Shown here: one piece after another, positions 1 through 11,435 of the stretch
How the letters are laid out: each line of letters begins with the position of its first letter
Numbering within the stretch: the first letter of the stretch is position 1
Assembly (NCBI RefSeq): GCF_001194135.2
Contig: NC_069006.1
Span: 16,850,374-16,914,373, forward strand
Direction: 5' to 3'
DNA length: 64,000 bases
From: Octopus bimaculoides
Lineage: Eukaryota
Made by a program: the position numbers and the translations under genes
Notes under the pieces: generated by a model
The model's input: only the letters and a program-made list of their open reading frames with translations
Told to the model about the DNA's origin: nothing
Databases searched by the model: none

Positions 1-574
1 AAAAAAAAAAAAAAAAGATAAAACAAGAAAAAAACAGATCCGTGAAAAATTACAAACTAAAACGAATGAAGTTTGAGAGAGATTTGGCTGCTATTTCTAT
101 TCAGGTTGACAAACTACACAGAACAGGAGATAAATGTTTTGACAACAGGTGCAAATTACAATTTTCTTGTTCCGCTTTTTCTTTTGTTACTGGTTTTTAC
201 CGCTTACTTTAGTGAACAAATTGTGGTTTATTTTCGATTAATAAATTTAAATCTTTTTTTTTAATCTTACGTATTAAAGCATATGTATGTGCGTGCGTGT
301 GTGTGTGTTTACGTCCCCGTCATTAGTGGTTCGGCAAAAAGCGATTGGTAAAGTACGAGGCTTAAATTTAAAAAGCATGTACTGGGGACGATTCATTCGA
401 CGAAAAAATTTTCAAGTTGGTGCCCCAGAAGACACTTGCCCAAGGTGCCACGCAGTGGGAATATATATATGCTCATATTTTAAATTCTATTTTGCTTGTT
501 TGCATCACCATATACCTATATTATATTACATAAAGTTGGTCTGAAATGTGATGACTGCCTGTCTGTGTGACTAC

Positions 575-766
575 CTGAACGGTGGAGATTGGAGGAGGGA
601 GAGACGGTTACAGCTGATAAGGCCGCATGGTGCGAGGGTCGGCGAAGGTGGTGCACGCCAGCTTCCTGTTTCATTCGACAAAGTGTTCTGTAGCGACAAC
701 AGATAGGAAGAGAATCGGAAGAAGCCAGAGAGCAGCACCGTATTGGACCGCCGACACATCTTTTCA
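575..766 (-). other. Candidate exon of an unidentified minus-strand transcript leaving the window to the left
   Basis: GC-rich island with a polypyrimidine tract plus tgtag acceptor and a cag|gtagtc donor on the minus strand. Two frames are open, but the peptide was not recognised. Confidence 0.3.
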
Positions 767-2052
767 CTACAGAAGCGACATCAGTTATAGAAGGAAGAGG
801 AAAAAGAGAGGCTCAGAAATGGGGCGTATGACGCCTTCTCATTGGTTCATTTTTCTCTCTCTGTATTATGGTTAGTCTTTTTTCGTTCTTATTTCCTCCC
901 ATAATTTCTCCTTCTCCTCCTCCTTCTACTTCTTTTTATAATCTTCTACTCGTCCTACTTATTCGTCTTCTTCTTTGTTATCTTTATATTATCCTCCTTG
1001 TTTTTCTCCTTCTTCTTCTAATGTATGTCTCCTACCACCATCAAAATCTGGCGAAAGACTCAAGCACATGCACAGATTGGAAAATGCATTTCAGGATATT
1101 ATGGACACAAGTCACACCGACAATCTTCCTTCTATCAAAACATACTTATTGCATCATGTTATAGTTTATCCAGGCGAAGACGAAGCACGTGTGCATCACC
1201 CATTACTCTTTTACTTGTTTCAGTCATTTGACTTTGGCCATGCTGGAGCACCGCCTTTAGTCGAGCAAATCGACCCCAGGACTTATTCTTTGTAAGCCTA
1301 GTACTTATTCTATCGGTTACTTTTGACGAACCGCTAAGTGACGAGGACGTAAACACAACAGCATCGGTTGTCAAGCGATGTTGGAGGGACAAACACAGAC
1401 ACACAAACATATACACACACATACATACATAGATATTCATATATACGACGGGCTTCTGTCAGTTTCCGTCTACCAAATCCACTCACAAGGCCTTGGTCGG
1501 CCCGAGGCTATAGTAGAAGACACTTGCCCAAGGTGCCACACAGTGGNNNNNNNNNNTTGGTCGGCCCGAGGCTATAGTAGAAGACACTTGCCCAAGGTGC
1601 CACACAGTGGGAATGAACCCGGAACCATGTGGTTGGTAAGCAAGCTACTAACTACACAGCCACTCCGAAGTTTCTTTTCTTCTTTTTTTTTTTCTCTCAA
1701 AAAATTTGGCACTATCATGCTATTAGCTGTCAGAAGTGAAAGTGCTCACTGCTAGTGAAGTGTCTGTCTGTCTGCCTGCCTGTTGCTGGTTTGAGTTGAT
1801 TCTTTGGCTACTGACAGCTAATACCATGACTGGCCGGAGCGAGCTATTGGCTTACTTACTTACTGATATCTATCTACTATCTATCTATCTATCTATCAAC
1901 CACTCGTCCACCTTATTAGAAAACACAAATTTAATATAAAAACATATTTCCTGAAATTGCAAATTATTTAAAATATAAAAATATAATTTTCAACAGAGAG
2001 AATTTATCAAAATAGAAAACAAATGAAGTTTGAAGTTTAAAAATAATAGGAN

Positions 2053-2547
2053 NNNNNNNNNNNNNNNNNNNNNNNNNNNNNNNNNNNNNNNNNNNNNNNN
2101 NNNNNNNNNNNNNNNNNNNNNNNNNNNNNNNNNNNNNNNNNNNNNNNNNNNNNNNNNNNNNNNNNNNNNNNNNNNNNNNNNNNNNNNNNNNNNNNNNNNN
2201 NNNNNNNNNNNNNNNNNNNNNNNNNNNNNNNNNNNNNNNNNNNNNNNNNNNNNNNNNNNNNNNNNNNNNNNNNNNNNNNNNNNNNNNNNNNNNNNNNNNN
2301 NNNNNNNNNNNNNNNNNNNNNNNNNNNNNNNNNNNNNNNNNNNNNNNNNNNNNNNNNNNNNNNNNNNNNNNNNNNNNNNNNNNNNNNNNNNNNNNNNNNN
2401 NNNNNNNNNNNNNNNNNNNNNNNNNNNNNNNNNNNNNNNNNNNNNNNNNNNNNNNNNNNNNNNNNNNNNNNNNNNNNNNNNNNNNNNNNNNNNNNNNNNN
2501 NNNNNNNNNNNNNNNNNNNNNNNNNNNNNNNNNNNNNNNNNNNNNNN
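2053..2547. other. Assembly gap (representative)
   Basis: N-runs also at about 1547-1556, 9736-9914, 13568-13709, 14711-15364, 21307-21664, 25989-26064, 32488-32546, 33476-33485, 47328-47729 and 51453-51984. Confidence 0.99.
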
Positions 2548-4891
2548 ATATTTGTAAGCCTAGTACTTATTCTATCGGTCACTTTTGCCGAACCGCTAAG
2601 TTACGGGGACATAAACACACCAGCATCGTTTGTCAAGCAATGCTAGGGAGACAAACACACACATATACATATATACGACGGGCTTTCAGTTTCCATCTAC
2701 CAAATCCACTCACAAGGCTTTGGTCGGCCCGAGGCTATAGTAGAAGACACTTGCCCAAGATGCCACGCAGTGGAACTGAACCCGTAACCATGTGGTTGGT
2801 AGGCAAGCTACTTACCACACAGCCGCTCCTGCGCCTATAAGATAATAAAAATTTTAAAGGCAGTGCTCCAATATGGTCGCAGTCCAAAGACTGAAACCAG
2901 TGAAATAATGAAGTATGATTTCCTACCTGATTTCTCTTGGCTTCAGTATCATCATATTCAATTCTGTTTGAGAAAGGTTTTTCATCTATAGAAGAGTACC
3001 ATTCTGGACTATTTTCACTGAACATCTTACCAGTTTAATCTAAATGAACAAATAAAGTAATACAATTAAACCTTGGGAGAGGCATTATGCCGGTAATAAA
3101 CACACGCACTGGTTCAGTCCTTTATCAATTTATAAACAGTATATAGTTTTTTGTTAAATAATTTCATTGCACTCTTGCAATCTCTTCAGTAACTTGTCTC
3201 TCCACATCAAGAATCTTGCACACGAAATACACATACGAAAAATAGAAGTAATGTTAAATGCAATGTTTAATATGGCAAAACCAGCAAAAAGAATTGTTTT
3301 CTAGAGAATTATATAATTTAAGTCATTGCTGTGTAGGCAAGAAGCTTGTTTTCCAACCATATGGTTTCAGGTTCAGTCCCATTATGTGACACCATGGACA
3401 AATGCCTTCTACTCAAATTCTTGTGTGTGGATTTGGTAGACAGAGCTGAAAAAAGCATATTGGTTTCAAATTTCAGCACAAGGCCAGCAATTTCGGGGGA
3501 GGGGTTAATTTGGTTACATTGACCTCAGTACTCAACTGGTGCTTGTTTTATTGACCCACAAAAGGACGAAAGACAAAATCGACCTCAGAGGAAATTGAAC
3601 TCAGAATGCAATTATAGTATAGATAATAATAAAAAAAAAAAATAGCACTGTACTGTTTCTACTTCGCGGGGGTGGGGTGGAACGTAACACCCGCGATAGT
3701 CGAGGAATTACTGTTTACCGATGGTTATAAATCATGAATATGACATGAGACTTCAATAATTATGTTACAATGTTACAGAGTTACAAAGGTTACGTTAAAA
3801 GCACCCACCACACACTGTAAAGTGGTTGAAATTAGGAAGGGCATCCAGCCATAGAAACTAAGCCAGATCAGACTGGAATCTGGTGGAGATCTCCGGCTTG
3901 CTAGCTCTGGTCAAACAGTCTAGTCTATGTCAGCATGGGGAAACATATGTTAAAGGATGACAATGATGATGATGTTGATTTGTGTGTATATGTTTGTGAG
4001 TGTATGTTATAAAAAAACGTTTAGTATACTTTATAGTATATTATGTTTCCATAACGAAGTACACGTACCTACATATCAATTCATGTTTACATACCAGCTC
4101 TAGGAATGCGTTTAATATGTAAATTGGTATGTCCAATAACTTAACACCATTGTGCGGTGGCTATATAAGCTATGTGTTCGGGGGGGGGGGGCAAGAATGG
4201 GTTAGATGGATGCTGATGAAGGGGAAACAACCCCCACGAAATATGGCACATACACTCATTACCCATTTTGTCTTACATCTGACGTCTTAATATGAAACAT
4301 TGTAGCAAAAATCAGTGCTAGCTATAATTTCTTTTCAATATCTATAGAAATAACCTTAACAAAATAAAGAAATAATTGGGTCTGATTGATGTGGCATTCC
4401 TGCAAGTTAATCTACAGGATGTGTATGCCTTTGTATAAATGAGGCTACAGAAAGTCCTGAGCATGCAACCTATGGAAGGTGCATTTTATTAGATGCTTCC
4501 ATCCATAAATTATCCATCAGTTATATTTTTGTAATTAACACTGTTAATTACAATTACTAGAAACACTAACTAATGTCACTTTTACTGTGACCTGGTTGCC
4601 AGCAACTTTACAGTATGTTGGGAGCTTTTAATGAGCACTTTTTACATGGCACCAGCACAGGAGTCTTGCAGGTCAATCCTCTTCACCAGGGGATGTGGCC
4701 TTAATACTTCTACTATTGTGTACAAGTCTTCATGAGTACAGCAGGGCACTAGGTGGTATCTTGATCTTTATCATCTCAACCAAAATATATAAATAAATAA
4801 ATAAATATATATATATATATTTGAGCCTAAATCATTTGAAACACAAGCTCGAGACTTGTGCCAAGTGGTAGCATTCCATCACTATTGGAGC

Positions 4892-4927
<36 letters not shown>

Positions 4928-4943
4928 TTTGCAGCCACTAGAA

Positions 4944-5140
4944 TTGAGCCTAAATCATTTGAAACACAAGCTCGAGACTTGTGCCAAGTGGTAGCATTCC
5001 ATCACTATTGGAGCCAAAAACTTTGAAGCCACCAGCAGAGAAAAAGAAAAAAATCAAACGACAGGAGAGAAAGGCTCAACGAAATCGACTCTTGTATGCA
5101 GGAATTGGTCTACAGAGTCATCGAGAGTATCACCATAAAG
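4944..5140 (+). mobile_element. RTE-like LINE C-terminal remnant
   Basis: KRQERKAQR...IGLQSH resembles the RTE/BovB terminal RIGLxSH motif. Confidence 0.4.
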
Positions 5141-6538
5141 GAAAATGTTCAGCAAAGAAAATAAATACTAGGATTTGAGATAAAACTGCCACCAATTTGC
5201 AGGATCCTATTGAATCAAGGTATTTTGATAATAATCACACCGAGTTAGGGTCAAGAATTTGTGTTCTTAATTATAGACATATATTCTTTTATTCTTTTAT
5301 TTGTTTCAGGCACCACCTTGAAGAATTGTTAGTACTTGTTGTTTTAAGCCTGGTACTTAATCTATCAGTCTCTTTTGTAGAACCACTAAGTTACGGAGAC
5401 GTAAACACACCAACACCGGTTGTCAAGTGGTGGTGGGAGACAGACATGGATTTTCTTTGATTATTGTATAGTCCCGAGGTTATTCCTGACATTTTAGTGA
5501 GTTCATCAGGTACATTTATTTCATTGGAAAAATCCTACAAATTATGCTCTGAAAATCTGGAATCTTTATAGCAGTTGTGGTGGATCTGTATTGTTTGTTT
5601 TATGTTACTGGACAAATATTTATTCACTATCTGAAAGTATTAATGAATGTAAATAAAATAATACTAAACATCGTGTTAGCCAAAATCGAACCTGAAAACC
5701 AATATAATAGACAGACAGGTAAGTAGATAGATAGATAGAGGAAATATATTTTCTCTGAGCTAATCGCGAAAGAAGTTATATAGAAGCATGGTGGAGGTAA
5801 AGAATACGCTCACCACCCGTTTTCGGCGTGACCCTTACCCTAAACACCGGGTGTGCGTATTCTTAACCTTTGCTCAGAAGCATTAGGAATATTTACAAAC
5901 TAATTCCCACCGGGGTCACCTTTCAAAATACAGGGACACTGATCCATCTGAATAGCCAACCATTCATAATTTATCTGTAGCAGTGTGAGGATGGATGTTG
6001 GTGAAAAATTAAGGGTGAAGACTCACTTGAAACAGGATGTCTTTCAATGGAATTGACTCGCTAACCGTTCCACAAGACCTTCAGCTTCTTTATGTACGTT
6101 CAAATTAGCGACTTTTGATAACGCTGAGCCGAAATTCAAATCGTTGTTACGTCATCATCCGAGAAGTTCATTCTTTCTCTCCACATCTATCTCTATGTTT
6201 CTTACATTCCCGCTCCTTTCACTTGCTTGTTTTACTTTTTATTATTTCATAAGGAAATTCGTGAACAATAGCGTCGTTGCTTAAAGGTCTCTAACTTAAT
6301 AGATATTGGTTCTAGGGTTCGGTTAAACATTAAACAAAATGAGCGCATTCTTAGAGAACTATGAAAAGGTGGTACCACAGTTTTATTTGTTTATTTTCCA
6401 CTGCTACCACACATCCACACACCAAATGTCACACATCAGAGGAGGTTGCAAGTGTAGCAAAGCTATCAGCGGTGCTCCAGTATTGCCACCGATCTTAACT
6501 AGTAAAGAAAAAAAGGGGAGAAATATCTATATGAAATA

Positions 6539-6574
<36 letters not shown>

Positions 6575-6602
6575 CGCGCGCGTGTACACACACACACACA
6601 TA

Positions 6603-7735
6603 AATATAATATAAAAGTTAGAATAGGCCAGTTTATGGGATTACCTTTGGTTTCAAATCCATAAAGCGCTTAGCTTTACGGAGTATCATCAGATTGCAAA
6701 ACCTGTTGGTTTAAGGTCTCTCTAGCAAATGGCCCTCTAGAATATGGAGAAGGAAACAACCTCGCTACTCAATGTCAACAACAGGGGATTGTCTCCTTTG
6801 GCTATTGATTGCCAGTGATCCTGTTATCCTGTGGGTTCCAATAGGCCAGCAGGAATTTCCTGAAATGAAAGCACGTTCTGGAGACCTCCATTCTGGAGTT
6901 AAGGATGTTCCCCAGGTTAAGGGAGTCCTTTAGAATCCTCGCCCGTTCTGCTATGTATAGTTTACAGCGCTTGATCTCATTTACGTAGGGGCCTAGATTT
7001 TCTAGGATTCTCCATGGTATTGTGAATGGAATCCCGTTGTCTTTTTGCTGCCTTACATGGCTGGCTAATGACGTAACATATCTCCTTCCACTATCCAGAA
7101 GGTGGATCTGTGGTTGAAGAGGCATTGCTTGAATGTGTTACTGGAGCAGCCAATGTATATCCATGGCTGGGTGTTGGCCATGGAGATACATCAGCTGCTC
7201 CGGGAACACGTTCAAACACTCTCTCTCTCTCCAACCACAGATTCTCCTTCAGGATACTGGAAAGGAGATACGTTATGTCATTAGTCAGCTACGTATGGCT
7301 GCTGAAAGACGACGGGATTCCATACACAATATCACGGAGAATCCTAAAAAAATCCAGGCCCCTACATAAACAGGATCAAGTGCTGTAAACTATGCATAGT
7401 AGAATGGGCAAGGATTCTTAAGGACTCCCTCAACCTGGGGAACATCCTTAACTCCAGAACGAAGGTCTCCAGACCGTGCTTGCTTTTCAGGAAATTCCTG
7501 CTGGTCTATTGGAACCCACAGGATAGCAGGGTTACGATCAATAGTCAAAGGGAAATAATCCCCTGTTGTTGACGTTGAGTAGCGAGCTCATTTCCTCCTC
7601 TATATTCTAAGCGCTTTGTGAACATGAAACCAAAAGTAATCCCATAAACCGGCCTATTCTAATTTTTATATTATATACTGCTCTATAACTTACAGTGTGC
7701 TTCTTTTCGGATTTATAGCTGCTATATTCAACAGG
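6603..7735. mobile_element. Inverted pair of Penelope-like element 3' ends (GIY-YIG C-terminal remnant plus pseudo-LTR)
   Basis: Left arm 6603-7167 (-) and right arm 7177-7735 (+) are mutual reverse complements. Peptides PWRYISCSGNTFK and RRYVTSLASHV...WRILE...KRCKL...LNSRMEVSRTCFHFRKFLL are typical of PLE GIY-YIG C-termini. Confidence 0.8.
6628..6704 (-). ncRNA. Type I hammerhead-like motif in PLE pseudo-LTR
   Basis: CUGAUGA (6692-6686) UAC UCCGUAAAGC-UAAGC-GCUUUAUGGA UUU GAAA (6654-6651) CC-AAA-GG-U-A AUCCC. Stem I is partly mismatched. Confidence 0.55.
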
Positions 7736-8396
7736 TTAAGCAACCATGAAAGGCAGATGTGAATGAGTTGTTTTTGTTTTGTATTTGAAACAATGGGACA
7801 GAGTGGAAGAAAAAGAAAATGGAAAGAAATCCCATGAACTTCTAGAATTCGGAAAGAAAGAAAGATAGATAGAGGTACACACGTACAGAGTCATAAGTAT
7901 GAGAATGAAATTTGCTTAGTGGGTGCAAGCGTTTTCATTGCCTTTCTCCTTCTCCACAAAATAAATTTAGTTGTGCGTCTGCACACCTAGTTCCCGAGTC
8001 AATCTACGATTCGCGCGCGTGTATATTTTCATTTGCTATCAGTTTTCATATACATTTGTGTTCGTTCATGAATGAGAGAGAGAGAAAGAGAGAGAGAGAG
8101 AGTGTGTGTGTAAACTCTCAGAGAATCCGCTGAGCGCAAGCCAATATATTGAACTGATTTTTCAGCATTCAACTATTTTCCCCTATCGCCGTCGATACCC
8201 GCCGTCTCTAGTATTGTTTTCTTCCGCTTACACCGGTTATTATCATGTGTTTATGAAAATCAAAGTTTTATTTATCTTGTATATCTTGCGTTAATCAGAA
8301 AAGTGGATAGTTAAGTAGCGGATGCGAATAACTGACTGAGCACCTCACTCACACTTCACACATACAGACACACACACAGACAGTCACGACACGACT

Positions 8397-9383
8397 ATGT
8401 CGTCTTCTCAGAGTAACACAAGGACCAGATCAAGTAGTTCTGTCATCTTAAGTGACGAACCGAGCCCTGGTGTTGGTATTACTGACAGTATATCATCCGA
8501 GGTTGACGTATGGACCAGCTCACATCGTTCTTTCGGAGTCCTGGAAGTAAGTTCATGGTTTTTTTTCCCTTTTACTTCTACTCTGTCTCATTGTTTCAAA
8601 TACAAAACAAAAACAATTCATTCATTTCTGCCTTTCATGGTCGCTTGACCTGTTGGAGACAGCAGCCAAATCTCCCTCAAATTACAACCCTTCCTGTCTT
8701 CTTAAAAAAAAAAAAACCCTTTGGATAATGAAGTCCAAGGTACACATAGCTTGAAAATACAAGAAAAAAATAGACAAAACAAAAAGTGTGACGGTCATGT
8801 TTGGAATGTCTGTTTAGTCAGGTATAAACAGCTACAGCAACCTTTTTAGGAGTCCGCCATAGACCCATCGTTATGTGTTTATATTGGTATTTCTACTCAT
8901 CACCTTATTCTATACGCTCTAGTTATTGTTTCTGGGTCAACCATGAACTGCCAGATATGATGAAAGTGGAACCTATCGTGACAGTCCCTCCCTGCTTTGT
9001 TTTCAATGACTACATACATGTCCACTGTCGTTACATTTTTAAAACGGGAGATATAGGGAGTTGTTTGAAATTTGGCTGCTATTTTCAACACGTCAAACGA
9101 CTAATTGGAAACCTAATATGCCATGTATTAGCAATATGAAGCAGCTTATAAGTTTCTGTTGCTTTTTCATCTTATGCTTACTCAGATCCAACAGACATAC
9201 ATTCAGACATTCCAGCTGTGGCCACCCTGTTTTTTTTTTTTTATCCATACATAATGTATCTAGGATTACTCATCTCTCTCACTAAGTCTATTGGAATCTA
9301 GTTTTTGTCATGTAAGTTTTTCTGTCACTTTCGGAAGTCAGCTGATTTTTATACACACACATACACAGATTGACACGTACATA

Positions 9384-9438
<55 letters not shown>

Positions 9439-9990
9439 TAGTATGTTTACATATAATATTTATTCATTCAGTAAAATCTCTTTGCCTTTCGTTCGAAGCT
9501 TATGTATGATTCATGATTCACGTGGTATGAGCTCGATACTTCAAGTGAGAAGGCAAAGCATTTTCAAAATGCTTTTGTCGTCACAGCTAGAAACTCTGAT
9601 TAGTGACGGCATAAATGATACGGTTCGAATGATTATGGAAAATCTAACCCATATATTGTGCACGTTTGCATCCCTTTCACATATTCAAGCGTGTGTGTGT
9701 GTCTATCTTGCGGCTGTACCTTGAAGAGTTTGTCTNNNNNNNNNNNNNNNNNNNNNNNNNNNNNNNNNNNNNNNNNNNNNNNNNNNNNNNNNNNNNNNNN
9801 NNNNNNNNNNNNNNNNNNNNNNNNNNNNNNNNNNNNNNNNNNNNNNNNNNNNNNNNNNNNNNNNNNNNNNNNNNNNNNNNNNNNNNNNNNNNNNNNNNNN
9901 NNNNNNNNNNNNNACTAATATACTAATACACCTTGTTCGTTGTTCCCTCACCGTCTGTCTTTTATTTTTATACATTTAAACCACAAATGA

Positions 9991-10033
<43 letters not shown>

Positions 10034-11396
10034 TATTATATACATATCGTCATTATCATCGTTTAACGTCCGCTTTCCATGCTAGCATGGGTTAGATGAT
10101 TTGAATGAGGACTGACGAACCAGATGGCTGCACCAGGCTCCAATCTGATCTGGCAGAGTTTCTACAGCTGGATGCCCTTCCTAACACCAACCACTCCGAG
10201 AGTGTAGTGGGTGCTTTTACATGCCACCGGCACATATTTGTTTTATTTATATCTATTTATATATTTAATATTTTAGACTAATGGGTATATGCCGATTAAT
10301 GTGTTGAAGTGTTGAGTAAAGCATTGGCACAATTTATCATCATCATCATCATCGTTTAACGTCCGCTTTCCATGCTAGCATGGGTTGGACGATTTGACCG
10401 AGGACTGGTGGAGCCCGAAGGCTACACCAGGCTCCAATCTGATTTGGCAGAGTTTCTACAGCTGGATGCCCTTCCTACCGCCAACCACTCTGAGAGTTTA
10501 GTATTAATCTTTATTTTGTACCATGGTCGTTTTGACCCATCCAGCTTCTGTCCCTTATGGGTGAGACTCTTTTCAACATCTTGTGTTGCATCCATTTTGC
10601 AATCTGGGTCTCATCAGGTACATCCATACATAAAGTTGTGTCTTGCTAAAGACCCTGAGTTTAGGCTGCCCATGTTGTTATATGGCATATAACATCTATC
10701 CATAAAGTTGTTATATGCCATATAACAACATGGTAGCCGAAACCCAGGATCTTTAGTGAGACACAACTTTATGTATGGATGCACCTGATGAGATCCAGAC
10801 TGCAAAATGGATGCAACACAAGATGTTGAACAGTCGTACCCATAAGGGACAGAAGCACGATGGGTCAAGACGAATGTTATACAAAATAAAGATTAATACC
10901 AAATCCATCTTTTGGTTACATGTGCTGATATATTTTAGGAAGTTAAAAGTTATGGTCAGTCATAGAGTGACCATTGGTTTTGCACCTATAAAGTGCTTAT
11001 CAGTATAAGCGACTCATCAGACTGAAATGGCTGAAGGTGCAAAACCTCTCTACAATACTATAAATGTGTGAAGTCAATGGTCACTCTGACTGACCATAAC
11101 TTTTAACTTCCTAAAAAATACATTGCTGTTCTAATACTTCAGAGTGTGTTTCTTTTCCAGATATATGAATTACTGATGATATATATATATATATACTCTC
11201 TTGTTTCAGTCATTTGACTGCGGCCATGCTGGAGCACCGCCATTTAGTCGAGCAAATCGACCCCAGGACTTATTCTTTGGAAGCCTAGTACTTATTCTAT
11301 CGGTTTCTTCTGCCAAACAGCTAAGTTACGGGGACGTAAGCACACCACCATCGGTTGTCAAGCGATGCTGGGGGGGTGGGGGACAGACACATAAAC

Positions 11397-11435
<39 letters not shown>

